Assembly (NCBI GenBank): GCA_965223335.1
Contig: OZ244991.1
Coordinates: forward strand, 512,001 to 576,000
Length of the DNA stretch: 64,000 nucleotides
Origin: Thermodesulfobacteriota bacterium
GTDB lineage: Bacteria > Desulfobacterota_D > UBA1144 > Nemesobacterales > UBA2774
Direction: 5' to 3'
A program made the position numbers and the translations under genes. Position 1 is the stretch's first letter, and every line of letters starts with the position of its first letter. This document shows positions 50,346 through 60,727 of the stretch, in pieces. The notes beneath the pieces were generated by a model. It was not told the DNA's origin. It did not search any database and worked only from the letters and a program-made list of their open reading frames with translations.

Positions 50346-50537
50346 CTAGTTTAGAGTTTTTTCGTCCTCTTCCTCTAAGTCCTCAATATCGTCATCGTCG
50401 TCATCGTCCCATTCGTCGTCGTCATCAAAAAAGTCATCGTCGTCTTCGTCCCAAAGTTCCTCGTCATCATCTTCCCATTCTTCGTCTTCGTTTTCCCAAT
50501 CATCATCTCTAAGGTACTGATTTTCCTCAATTATCAT
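50346..50537 (-). CDS. Very acidic 63-aa small protein
   Basis: MIIEENQYLRDDDWENEDEEWEDDDEELWDEDDDD...; RBS AGGAG at suitable spacing from ATG 50537. Confidence 0.65.
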   Translation of the reverse strand: MIIEENQYLRDDDWENEDEEWEDDDEELWDEDDDDFFDDDDEWDDDDDDDIEDLEEEDEKTLN

Positions 50538-50624
50538 AATCATTCTCCTGAAAATTCGAATCTATCTGAAACGATACATAGTGGCGAATAAAAGTCAAGA
50601 TAAAAAAGCAGGTTACGGCATTTA

Positions 50625-51632
50625 TTAACTATACTCGCATAAAAATTCCTCTGCCTTACGCACCATATCTTCCGACCCGATGAATATTGGGGTCCTCTGA
50701 TGCAGCATAGTGGGCTCGATGTCCAAAATCCTGTTTCTACCGTCAGTAGCCCGTCCACCGGCCTGCTCTACAATAAACGCCATAGGGTTGCACTCGTAAA
50801 GTAGTCTCAATTTCCCCTCGGGATTGTCTTTGGACTGAGGGTAAATAAATATTCCTCCGGTAATCAGGTTTCTATGAATGTCGGCTACCATAGATCCGAT
50901 ATATCTGGACGAGTACGGTCTGTTGGTGCTGTCGTCAACCTCTTTACAGTAGCGTATAAACTGTTGGACACCTTTGGGAAACGACACGAAGTTCCCCTGA
51001 TTAACCGAGTACAAACGGCCCACCTTAGGTAATTTCATATCGGGATGGGACAGACAAAATTCCCCTATAGAGGGATCGAGTGTAAACCCGTTTACCCCGC
51101 GGCCCGTGGTGTAAACAAGCATAGTAGATGAGCCGTATATCACATATCCGGCAGCGGCTTGGAGCGCGCCTTTTTGCAGAAAATCCTCAATGGTAGCAGG
51201 CCCGGGCACCTCTGATACACGGCGGTATATCGAGAATATAGTCCCCACAGATACATTTACATCGATGTTGGACGAACCGTCCAGAGGGTCTAGCGCCACT
51301 ACGTATTTTGCGTTGTGCGATATGTCGCTATCGAAAGTAAGAAAGTCTGTGTTTTCCTCGGACGCAACCCCCGAGCACTCGCCCCCGACCTCAAGCGCAG
51401 CGATAAACCTCGAGTTGGCGAACACATCCAATTTCTTGACGTCTTCTCCCTGTACATTAGTTGCACCCGTACTGCCAAGGATATCTACAAGCCCGGCTTT
51501 ATTTACCTCTCTGTTTACTACCTTGGCTGCAAGCCCTATGTCCCTAAGCAGGCGCGACAGCTCTCCCTGGGCATAGGGGAAGTCCTTTTGCCGTCTGATT
51601 ACAAATTCATCCAGTGTCTCTAGGCCGATCAT
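50625..51632 (-). CDS. fbp: Fructose-1,6-bisphosphatase class 1
   Basis: [40 protein letters not shown]. Confidence 0.97.
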   Translation of the reverse strand: MIGLETLDEFVIRRQKDFPYAQGELSRLLRDIGLAAKVVNREVNKAGLVDILGSTGATNVQGEDVKKLDVFANSRFIAALEVGGECSGVASEENTDFLTFDSDISHNAKYVVALDPLDGSSNIDVNVSVGTIFSIYRRVSEVPGPATIEDFLQKGALQAAAGYVIYGSSTMLVYTTGRGVNGFTLDPSIGEFCLSHPDMKLPKVGRLYSVNQGNFVSFPKGVQQFIRYCKEVDDSTNRPYSSRYIGSMVADIHRNLITGGIFIYPQSKDNPEGKLRLLYECNPMAFIVEQAGGRATDGRNRILDIEPTMLHQRTPIFIGSEDMVRKAEEFLCEYS

Positions 51633-51760
51633 GGAAATTATATTACCAAACCATTATGGTTATAGAAAGCAGTGCGCCGTAACTTGCTGATATGACAAGA
51701 CATATTGTTGATCTGTGGCCTGCTAATAGGGGCCCGAAGCTGAACAAATCGATTGTTCTA

Positions 51761-52351
51761 TCATTTATTAATATCGATGTTACCCAGCTTTTTCACATTC
51801 TCCGACTCTTTTAGCTTCATTGCTGCCTCTAAACCCTTTTCCCTAATCAGGTCCCTCGCCCTCTCGATGTTGCCCCTTAGGTCATCGGGTACCGTTTCTC
51901 GGGCTATTCCGTATACCTCAGCTAGGTATGGAAGGGTTTTAGAGCTCTTTATTTCTTTGTCTTCATCCGCATAAAACAGGCTAAGAACAAAGACAAATAG
52001 GATTGCAACCACTGTACCTATAACGAGCCCTATCAAGGCCCCGCCCAATCTGTTTAAGAAATCGAGTTTTAGGTTGCCGATTATCTTAGCTGTTATCCAC
52101 CCTATCATTTGTATAACAACATAGGCAACGAAGCTTAGGATTATAAACCCCCCAACATTGGCAACTGCTTCGTTGCTGACTAAACCCCTAGCGATAAACT
52201 CCTTGCCCACTATATCATAGAATATGAACCCGGCTGCGACCCCGCCGATTACAGCCGAGAGGGAAAACACCTGCCTTACAAATCCTCTGTAAACTCCCGC
52301 TAATGTAAAGATGAGTAATAACAGCACAACCGAAGCGTCTATCCAATTCAT
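51761..52351 (-). CDS. cvpA: CvpA (colicin V production) family membrane protein
   Basis: MNWID, RGFVRQVFSL, NRLGGALIG. Confidence 0.85.
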   Translation of the reverse strand: MNWIDASVVLLLLIFTLAGVYRGFVRQVFSLSAVIGGVAAGFIFYDIVGKEFIARGLVSNEAVANVGGFIILSFVAYVVIQMIGWITAKIIGNLKLDFLNRLGGALIGLVIGTVVAILFVFVLSLFYADEDKEIKSSKTLPYLAEVYGIARETVPDDLRGNIERARDLIREKGLEAAMKLKESENVKKLGNIDINK

Positions 52352-52368
52352 CTCTAGTATTTAATCTC

Positions 52369-55300
52369 CTATAAGTACACTGTCTCGACACGAGAACCTA
52401 TCCCAGGCTCCTTAGTTACATCTATCCTTACCGGAAAACGCTCTTTTAACTCATCCACATGGGTGATTGCGAGTATCAAATCGAAGTCGTCTTTGATAGA
52501 GTCGATCACATTCACAAATAACTCCAAACCCTCTTTATCCTGTGTCCCGAATCCCTCATCAACCACTAACGTTCTTAACTCCGCCCCTGAGCGGTTGGCT
52601 ATAAATTTCGATATAGCTACACGAAGCGCAAAATCTATCCTAAACGCTTCCCCGCCCGAGAATGTTTCGTAACTCCTTGTACCCGAGCTGTCGGCTATGG
52701 CTATCTCGAGTGTTTCCCTTTCCCCGCCGCTCTGTCGGGGTTTTAGCATCTCGAGGCTAACGAGCATCGCACCGTCTGTAAGCCTCGAAAGTATACGGTT
52801 AGCCTCTTGTTCTATCTCTGGGACAGCGTTCTCTATAATGAGCGCCTGTATCCCGTTTTTACCAAACGCCGTGGAAAGCTCTTTGAAAACGGATATATCA
52901 TATCTTATCTTTTCAACTACTCCCAAGACCTCATTTTTTTTCGCCGACAGGCCCTCGATACGATCTATGCTGTTTTCTACCGAGGTTCGTCTCTCGATAA
53001 CGCCATCCCTCTTTTCTTTTAAGGCAGAAATTGTATTGTCGTTACTTTGTTTTCTTGACTCAAGATCCTTTGCAATCCCCTTGTTCCCTTTTGTTTTTTC
53101 CACCTCTTTTTCAAGGTTTGCCAACATTGTATTCATCGATTCGGTTTCTTTGACTAGTTTCTCACGCTGCTCGAGTCTGAATATTGCACTAAGCTTTACG
53201 CTCTCTAACCCCTCTTTATCTTTAACAAATTCCTTATGCGCTTCCAGATCTTTTTTCGTTTCATTGTGCTTTACGGGATTATACTCTAATTTAGAAAGCT
53301 CATTCTCTATCTCATCCGCTTTCTTATAAAGCTCTTTTGCGTAACTACCCTCCTCAAGCTTCTTTTGTATAGGCTGTATCTCATTTTTTATCGATGCAAT
53401 CTCTTTTTCTATCTTGCCCTTATTTTTTTTGTCCTGCACCAGCATAGCATGTTCGGTTCCATAGTGCTCTAGCTCCCGGACTGTTTTAGTTACGAGCTTA
53501 TGATCATCCTCCGAGTAACCTAATAGGTCTATCTCCCGCTGGATAGAGGTCAACTGTTCTTTTAGATCACCGGCATATGAACCATCGGTCAGTATGTTCT
53601 TTTCTTCTGCGATTTGGTCACTGAGCCTTTCATATTCATCTACCTCTCTTTGCACATTTTTTAACTCCTGCCACTTCTCGCCAGCGCTTTTAACCAACTG
53701 ATCCAGGTTGAGCACGGATTTCTCGAGTTTTTTTATTTTGGTGTTTAGAAGTTTTTTCTTTTTCTCGGCTCTACTTATATCAGTGCACACAGTCGCTAAC
53801 TTAGACTGATAACTATCGACAAGACCCCTCAGCTTATCTATTAGTGCTTCCTTGGCCTCCAACCCCAGTTGTGTCTCGCATAGGGGGCACTCACATTGAG
53901 TGTGTTCGGTCTCTAGAACAGCGAGTTTCTCGGTTTCTTCAGCGCTACGGCCCTCAAGCCCCCGGGCCTTGGATTGCAGTACCTTTATATTCTCATCCAG
54001 GGCTTTTAAATCCTCTAGACTGCTTTGCATCTGTGTTTCGGCAGACTTGGCATCCTCGATTTTAGTTAGGAGCAATTCGTGTTCCTCTCGTATTTTAACC
54101 AGCCGTTTTGGACTTGCATTTAGATTGCCGAGTTGATTGGAGAGCTCTGTGATCTTGGTCTCGATCTTAATTTTACGCTTAGAGATCTCGGAGTTGACCT
54201 CTGCCATTTCCTTGGTAAATTCCTGCCACGACTGTCTTTTATCCTGCATTGTGGCATCTTCCGCTTTAGCACCTACGAGTTTCTTGTACCCTTCTTGGAC
54301 TTTGTCTTCATTTTTCAGATTCGCTGCTATACCGCCTAGTGTGCGCTCAAGTTCAGCCTCTTTTCCCTTGAGCGTGCTTAGCTCGCGCTCAATCTTAGCC
54401 CTCTTATCCTTTATCCGGTTTTTTGCTTTGGCTACCTCTGTTTCAAGCTTGGATTTGTGGATCTGTGTTTTTGTGAATTCCCTCTCCAAATCGCTTAATC
54501 GTTCATACTCTTTGTACCCGGCAGTTATCTCACCCTCTCTCTCTATAATCTTGTTATCAGCTTTAATTTGATCCTCAAGTGCCTCGTACTCTTTTTTTAT
54601 TTCATCCAACTTCGTGTGTCCGGACGCTATTTCAGCAACATACTTGTTATGTAACTCGATACTCGCCCTCAGTGTTTCAAACTGTTTTATTATCTCAACA
54701 TGCTCTTTTTCTTTGGCAGCTATAGACTCTCTAACCTTTTTTTCTTCGGCCTGTATGAGTTTCAGTTGTGCCTTCAAAGCCTCGTAATTAGCGGTCTCGG
54801 CCTCTATCCTCTCAAGCTCCTTTTCCTGTAAATCAATATCATGGCCAAGAGTGTTTGAGCGCTCTCGGGATTTTTTTGATATCTGCTCGTACCTGTCTAA
54901 ATTGAGTATTTTCGATAATACATTTTTTCTCTCTACCGGTGTCCTTTTTGTAAACTCGTCGGCCATGCCCTGTAATATGAACGATGAACATATAAACGAG
55001 TCAAAATCCATTTTTAACAGTTTTGAGATTTCTGCCTGAGCCCCACGGCCTTCTCCCAAGGGCTTATACTGCCCGCTCTCGGGATCGTAGACCTGAAGGT
55101 GGGTTGTGCTTACAGCACCCCGTTTTTTTCGTTGTAGCTGACGAAGGATTCTATAGCTATTGCGCTCGACCTCGAACTCAAGCTCCACAGCTGCCGTATC
55201 GCCCCCCCGGTTAATCACCTCCTCGCTATTTCTCACCCTACACCGTCCCCATAGTGCCCATGTAACGGCATCCAGGATAGCTGACTTTCCATGGCCGTTT

Positions 55301-55401
55301 CGCCCAGACAGGCATGCAAGTCTAAACGACGAGAAGTCGAGTACTGTCGGGTCACTGCCGTAACTTAAGAAATTTGTTAGAGTAAGTTTAGTTGGTACCA
55401 T
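52369..55401 (-). CDS. sbcC: SbcC/Rad50-like SMC ATPase
   Basis: NFLSY, Walker A GRNGHGKS, Q-loop ILQG, CPLC zinc hook, FSGGE, VDEGFG, ITH; start at ATG 55401. Confidence 0.88.
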   Translation of the reverse strand: MVPTKLTLTNFLSYGSDPTVLDFSSFRLACLSGRNGHGKSAILDAVTWALWGRCRVRNSEEVINRGGDTAAVELEFEVERNSYRILRQLQRKKRGAVSTTHLQVYDPESGQYKPLGEGRGAQAEISKLLKMDFDSFICSSFILQGMADEFTKRTPVERKNVLSKILNLDRYEQISKKSRERSNTLGHDIDLQEKELERIEAETANYEALKAQLKLIQAEEKKVRESIAAKEKEHVEIIKQFETLRASIELHNKYVAEIASGHTKLDEIKKEYEALEDQIKADNKIIEREGEITAGYKEYERLSDLEREFTKTQIHKSKLETEVAKAKNRIKDKRAKIERELSTLKGKEAELERTLGGIAANLKNEDKVQEGYKKLVGAKAEDATMQDKRQSWQEFTKEMAEVNSEISKRKIKIETKITELSNQLGNLNASPKRLVKIREEHELLLTKIEDAKSAETQMQSSLEDLKALDENIKVLQSKARGLEGRSAEETEKLAVLETEHTQCECPLCETQLGLEAKEALIDKLRGLVDSYQSKLATVCTDISRAEKKKKLLNTKIKKLEKSVLNLDQLVKSAGEKWQELKNVQREVDEYERLSDQIAEEKNILTDGSYAGDLKEQLTSIQREIDLLGYSEDDHKLVTKTVRELEHYGTEHAMLVQDKKNKGKIEKEIASIKNEIQPIQKKLEEGSYAKELYKKADEIENELSKLEYNPVKHNETKKDLEAHKEFVKDKEGLESVKLSAIFRLEQREKLVKETESMNTMLANLEKEVEKTKGNKGIAKDLESRKQSNDNTISALKEKRDGVIERRTSVENSIDRIEGLSAKKNEVLGVVEKIRYDISVFKELSTAFGKNGIQALIIENAVPEIEQEANRILSRLTDGAMLVSLEMLKPRQSGGERETLEIAIADSSGTRSYETFSGGEAFRIDFALRVAISKFIANRSGAELRTLVVDEGFGTQDKEGLELFVNVIDSIKDDFDLILAITHVDELKERFPVRIDVTKEPGIGSRVETVYL

Positions 55402-55537
55402 TAGACGATTATTTAGATAAGATAACATTACCCAGCATCATCTGCCAGGTCACCGAAAATGAATGCGGATTGTTTCTGATAACGAGAAATCCCCTGCATT
55501 TTGACTTATATATGGGGTTCAGATAACTTAATCGGCG

Positions 55538-56518
55538 ATGGGTCTTTCTGACATCTTATCCATAATATCAGGTGAGTTAGAAGAGGTTGAACAAGAGCTT
55601 GACTCCCAAGTTCAATCCCCGATCCCACTTGTATACGATATGTCCAAATACCTGCTTGGAAGCGGGGGCAAGAGGCTCCGCCCATCGGTCCTGCTGCTCT
55701 CGAGCGGGCTCTTTAACAACAACACAGGCCGCTCGAGAATCATTGCCGCCACTGCATTGGAACTCATCCACACCGCTTCACTCTTACACGACGACGTTGT
55801 GGACGACGCCAAACTGCGCAGGGGCAATGCCTCGTCCAACGTCGTTTGGGGTAATAAACCCACCGTACTTGTAGGCGATTTTATGCTGGCTAAGGCTCTT
55901 GGGCTGCTAGAGCAATGCGGGAGTCTAAAGCTTATAAAGACTGTGACTGATGCAGCATCTAAATTAGCCGAGGGGCAAGTGCTCGAGGTCATGAACTCGG
56001 AGAATATGGCGGAAGTCACACGGGAGGTCTGCTTTAAGATAATCGAACTTAAAACCGCCTCTTTAATAGAAAGTTGTAGCGTGGCAGGTGGAATATTGGC
56101 AGGTGTTAGTGACGATGAGCTTAAATCAGTGACCGTATACGGACAGAATATCGGGATGGCATTTCAGCTTGTAGATGACGCTTTGGATTATTCCTCCAAC
56201 GAACAGACTTTCGGCAAAGAGGTAGGTCAGGACCTTGAGGAAGGCAAAATGACCCTGCCACTTCTATATGCACTCAGCGAATCAAACGAAGAACAACAAA
56301 AAGTTCTTAAAGACATCATGAACAAAAAAGATCTTGAGCAAGATGATCTTAATATTATTCGCGATGCTGTAATGAAACACGAAGGGGTGTCTAAAACTAC
56401 AAAGATTGCCAAAGAATATGTAGAGAAAGCCAAAGAAGCTATAGATCCCCTACCCGAGAGCACCCACAAATCATCACTTCTAAATCTAGCGCAATACATA
56501 GTCGAGCGAGACAAGTAG
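55538..56518 (+). CDS. ispB: Polyprenyl diphosphate synthase (IspB-like)
   Basis: GGKRLRP, LLHDDVVD, RRG, KTA, FQLVDDALD. Confidence 0.88.
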   Translation: MGLSDILSIISGELEEVEQELDSQVQSPIPLVYDMSKYLLGSGGKRLRPSVLLLSSGLFNNNTGRSRIIAATALELIHTASLLHDDVVDDAKLRRGNASSNVVWGNKPTVLVGDFMLAKALGLLEQCGSLKLIKTVTDAASKLAEGQVLEVMNSENMAEVTREVCFKIIELKTASLIESCSVAGGILAGVSDDELKSVTVYGQNIGMAFQLVDDALDYSSNEQTFGKEVGQDLEEGKMTLPLLYALSESNEEQQKVLKDIMNKKDLEQDDLNIIRDAVMKHEGVSKTTKIAKEYVEKAKEAIDPLPESTHKSSLLNLAQYIVERDK

Positions 56519-56524
56519 CTCGTA

Positions 56525-56995
56525 TCATCCGACCCCCAAAGCCCCCACTTCATATATCATCACAATAGCGTCTTCACCCGTATCCGAATAGTACTTGCGC
56601 CTGACCCGAAGTTTACGGAACCCGAGCTTAGCATATAATTTCAATGCACCCGCGTTACTGGGGCGGACCTCAAGGATTATATATTTGAAGTCGTGTTCCT
56701 TCGAATACGCAATGCAGTCGCGGATCAGAGTCTCACCAAGCCCTATCCTACGGAAATCGGGGTGTATTGCGATGTTTAGGATATGAATCTCATCGTATAT
56801 AGACCAGGTGACGATATAACCAACTACCGTGCCCTCGAACCTGATCACGCGCTTATACGACCTCTCGCTTTCAATCTCTCTTTCGAACACGCGCTTTGGC
56901 CAGGGGGACGGAAAACTGACCTGTTCAATAGACACTATGCCGTCCACATCGGTTAAATCCATCTCTGCAATTTCGTATTTAGCCGCAAGTTCCAT
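56525..56995 (-). CDS. rimI: Ribosomal protein S18 alanine N-acetyltransferase
   Basis: IEQVSFPSPW, HILNIAI, LEVRPSN, RRKYY..GEDA. Confidence 0.9.
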   Translation of the reverse strand: MELAAKYEIAEMDLTDVDGIVSIEQVSFPSPWPKRVFEREIESERSYKRVIRFEGTVVGYIVTWSIYDEIHILNIAIHPDFRRIGLGETLIRDCIAYSKEHDFKYIILEVRPSNAGALKLYAKLGFRKLRVRRKYYSDTGEDAIVMIYEVGALGVG

Positions 56996-57399
56996 CAATT
57001 CAAAATGTAACAATTTTAGATGAAACTATCAATAGAATCGTAATTCGGAGACCCATTTCATAAGTGTGTCCCGGTACTTTAAGGATACATTTTCAGTAGA
57101 CCGCTACACATTGTCTATTACTTCGCACTTTTCCTTGATGAAAAGTGCACAAAAATCACCGACTAACGAGATATACGCTAAAAACATGTCAGTGCGGGCT
57201 ATTGATTTTGATCCCTCCCCAGCCCCGAAAATCAATTTTAACTCCGCGCTACCCTGTTTTCTTAACGCTATATCTCTGATGTCAGACTGGGATTTACAAT
57301 CCCATGTGGGAAAGGCAAAAGACTAAAGATATAAAACAACCCTTGGGGACTGGGGGCGTGGAGGCCTCATTCAAAAGGGAGTACCGAGACTTTAGTGCC

Positions 57400-57460
57400 A
57401 ATGGGGACCGATAGGGAGCCGTAGTTTGGCGACTGGAGGGAATAAAATGGGGTCGAGGGA
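57400..57460 (+). repeat. Dispersed ~60-bp repeat, copy 2 (with an extra degenerate TGGGGAC unit at about 57343)
   Basis: AATGGGGACCGATAGGGAG...CGAC...GGAATAAAATGGGGTCGAGGGA matches 46851-46915. Confidence 0.7.
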
Positions 57461-57473
57461 GGTAAAAATTAGC

Positions 57474-58564
57474 TCACTGACTCTTAAAATGCTTAAAATA
57501 GAGACCTAACAGGTCTTTCGCGGCAACAAAAGGGCTTTTCTTTCCCAACTCAACCTCGGCTTCAGTCTCTTTTAGATGATTTATTATCTCGGGGTCTTCA
57601 TAGAAATGGTCATGCAAGCTGTTTTTGATACTATCGTGGAGCCATTGTTTGGTTTGCAGCAAGCGGTTTTGTTCAAACTGCCCGCTATCTTTCATCAAAT
57701 CGTTATAATCGCTTATTAACGACCAGATGGTATCGATCCCCTCGTTCTCTTGAGCCGAGCAGGTAACCACACTTGGGACCCATCCTTTTTCAGTCTTAGG
57801 ATAGAGCGAAAGAGCGTTTTCATACTGTTTTTTTGCCAGTTCGGCCATCTTCTTATTTGAGTCGTCGGCTTTTGTGATTGCAATTATGTCTGCAAGCTCC
57901 ATAATCCCGCGCTTAATACCCTGGAGCTCGTCTCCCGCCCCTGCCAAGAGCAATAGAAGGAAGCAATCGACCATCGAGTGCACGGCGGTCTCCGACTGCC
58001 CTACCCCCACAGTTTCTACAAAAATTGTATCAAAGCCCCCTGCTTCGCAGAGTAGTATGGACTCTCGGGTTCTAAGCGTGACACCACCCAGCGACCCGAG
58101 GAGGGCGAGGGTCGGATAAACGCCTTTTTGTTTCGCGCCAACTCCTCCATACGAGTTTTATCCCCCAGTATACTGCCCCCGCTTTTACTGCTTGTAGGGT
58201 CTACAGCCAACACTGCAAGTTTCCTGTTCTCGTCTTCGATGATGTGCTTACCAAATCTCTCTATAAAAGTGCTCTTACCCACCCCGGGCACCCCGGTTAT
58301 TCCTATTCTTATTGAATCCCCCGTGTATGGCAGGCAGAGCTCAATAATCTGTTCGGCCTTGGTGATGTGTCGGGGAAGGGTGCTTTCTACGAGAGTGATG
58401 GCCTGGCTCAGTATAACCCTGTTGCCAATGAGTATCCCCTCTACATACTCACTTACACTCATCTCGTTTTTTGGTTTAAAGGTGATTACATTCCCCGAAT
58501 CCAGGGGGTCGGTTACCTGTGGTTTTTTATTGCGTTTGGAATCGGACTTTTTATCTTCCGACAA
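57474..58564 (-). pseudogene. meaB: MeaB GTPase chaperone of methylmalonyl-CoA mutase, split by a 1-nt frameshift
   Basis: [30 protein letters not shown] in one frame and SLGGV...[19 protein letters not shown] in another; one missing base in the G-run at 58095-58097. Confidence 0.88.
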
Positions 58565-58581
58565 CTGTTATGTTCCTATGA

Positions 58582-60726
58582 CTAATTGTTTTTTTTAATG
58601 TTCTTTAGCATTGTAGAGAGTATTTTTTGCGCAGCCACTGAAATCACCGTTCCCGGGCCGAACACCTCAGACACGCCCTTTGAGAATAGAAAATCATAGT
58701 CCTTCTGCGGTATCACACCCCCGGCTACCACCAAAATATCCTCTCGCCCCAGATCCTTAAGCTCCTCTATCAACTCGGGCACAAGTGTCTTGTGCCCCCC
58801 TGCCAAACTAGAGATCCCTATGATATGTACATCACTCTCCACAGCCTGTTTGGCAGCCTCCCCAGGGGTCTGGAACAACGAGCCTATATCCACATCAAAC
58901 CCCATATCGGCAAAACTCGTAGCAATAACCTTGGCACCTCGGTCGTGGCCGTCCTGTCCCATCTTGGCTATCATAATCCTTGGACGACGGCCCTCGAGCC
59001 CGGCAAATTCGTCAGCCATCTCCTTTGCCTTGCGAAATTCCCTGTCCTCGGATATCTCACCCGAGTACACTCCCGAGATTGACCTCACCACAGCTTTATA
59101 CCTGCCGAACACATTTTCACATGCATCAGATATCTCTCCCAATGTCGCTCGCTTACGCGATGCATCTACTGCCAGCTCCAAGAGGTTACCTTCACCAGTT
59201 TGAGCGCATTTTGTAATCGAGTCAAGTGCCGCCGCAACGCTTTCATTATCTCGATTTTCCTTAATTCTTCGGATACTCTCGATCTGTGCTTGTCTGACTG
59301 CGCTATTGTCCACCTCGAGTATATCTATCGAGCTCTCCTCATCAACGCTGTACTTATTAACACCCACTATCACATCTTTACACGAGTCGATGCGAGCCTG
59401 TTTCCTGGCCGCAGCCTCCTCGATCCGCATCTTGGGTATACCGGTCTCAATGGCTTTTGCCATACCACCCAACTCCTCTATCTCCTCAATCAATTGCCAC
59501 GCGCGTTTTGCGAGCATATGGGTGAGATACTCTACATAATATGACCCGGCCCACGGGTCCACTGACCTGCAGATGTTGGTCTCTTCCTGCAGATAGATCT
59601 GAGTGTTGCGCGCAATCCTTGCCGAGAAATCCGTTGGCAGCGCTATGGCTTCATCCAGAGCGTTTGTGTGGAGAGATTGTGTGCCGCCCAAAGCAGCCGC
59701 GAGGGCCTCTACACAGGTACGTACAGCATTATTAAACGGGTCTTGCTCCGTAAGACTCCAGCCGGAGGTCTGACAATGTGTCCTAAGAGCCATGGACTTT
59801 GGGTTCTTTGGATTGAACCTCTTTACAAGCTTTGCCCAGAGCATACGTGCCGCACGCATCTTGGCGATCTCCATAAAATGGTTCATTCCTATTCCCCAGA
59901 AAAACGAGATCCTGGGCGCAAAGTCGTCCACGTTCATCCCGGCCTCGATCCCGGTGCGTATATACTCGATCCCGTCGGCCAGTGTGTATGCAAGCTCTAT
60001 ATCCGACGAGGCCCCGGCCTCTTCCATGTGATAGCCGCTCACACTGATCGAATTGAACTTGGGCATATTAGACGATGTATAACGGAATATGTCGGCTACA
60101 ATGCGCATAGAGGGCTCGGGCGGGTATATATAGGTATTCCTGACCATAAACTCCTTTAGGATATCGTTTTGTATAGTACCGCTTAATTTATCAGGTGTTA
60201 CACCCTGCTCCTCGGCCGCAACTATGTAAAACGCCATAACTGGCAGCACCGCACCGTTCATTGTCATTGACACAGAGATCTCGTCCAATGGGATCTGATC
60301 AAAGAGGACTTTCATGTCCTCGACAGTATCTATGGCTACCCCGGCTTTACCCACATCGCCCACAACCCTTTTGTGATCCGAGTCGTAGCCCCGGTGTGTG
60401 GGCAGGTCAAATGCTACGGATAGGCCCTTTTGCCCAGCCGCTAGGTTCCTTCGGTAAAACGCGTTTGATTCCTCGGCGGTAGAGAACCCCGCGTACTGAC
60501 GGATTGTCCACGGACGAGTGGTATACATGCTTGAATACGGGCCCCGGAGAAACGGTGCCATACCGGCACCGAAACAGAGATGATCCATCCCCTCGATATC
60601 CTCATGCGTGTATACCGATTCAACCCCTATACCCTCGGGCGTATTCCAAACAGTCTTGGTCCTGGGTCTATCGTTCGAATCCGAGGCTTTACTCTTAAAT
60701 TCAATTTTTGAGAAATCAGGACGCAT
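58582..60726 (-). CDS. scpA: Methylmalonyl-CoA mutase, catalytic B12-binding subunit
   Basis: [37 protein letters not shown] (DxHxxG). Confidence 0.96.
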   Translation of the reverse strand: MRPDFSKIEFKSKASDSNDRPRTKTVWNTPEGIGVESVYTHEDIEGMDHLCFGAGMAPFLRGPYSSMYTTRPWTIRQYAGFSTAEESNAFYRRNLAAGQKGLSVAFDLPTHRGYDSDHKRVVGDVGKAGVAIDTVEDMKVLFDQIPLDEISVSMTMNGAVLPVMAFYIVAAEEQGVTPDKLSGTIQNDILKEFMVRNTYIYPPEPSMRIVADIFRYTSSNMPKFNSISVSGYHMEEAGASSDIELAYTLADGIEYIRTGIEAGMNVDDFAPRISFFWGIGMNHFMEIAKMRAARMLWAKLVKRFNPKNPKSMALRTHCQTSGWSLTEQDPFNNAVRTCVEALAAALGGTQSLHTNALDEAIALPTDFSARIARNTQIYLQEETNICRSVDPWAGSYYVEYLTHMLAKRAWQLIEEIEELGGMAKAIETGIPKMRIEEAAARKQARIDSCKDVIVGVNKYSVDEESSIDILEVDNSAVRQAQIESIRRIKENRDNESVAAALDSITKCAQTGEGNLLELAVDASRKRATLGEISDACENVFGRYKAVVRSISGVYSGEISEDREFRKAKEMADEFAGLEGRRPRIMIAKMGQDGHDRGAKVIATSFADMGFDVDIGSLFQTPGEAAKQAVESDVHIIGISSLAGGHKTLVPELIEELKDLGREDILVVAGGVIPQKDYDFLFSKGVSEVFGPGTVISVAAQKILSTMLKNIKKNN

Positions 60727-60727
60727 T

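Noticed and set aside
51200..51210. Possible att duplication of the tRNA-Leu 3' end (CCCGGGCACC)
   Set aside because: Short match inside the intact fbp coding region; a similar match also occurs in meaB, so likely chance.
57066..57326. 86-aa plus-strand ORF (or a tsaB remnant upstream of rimI)
   Set aside because: No RBS or recognisable motif; the open minus frame lacks a start and shows no TsaB features.
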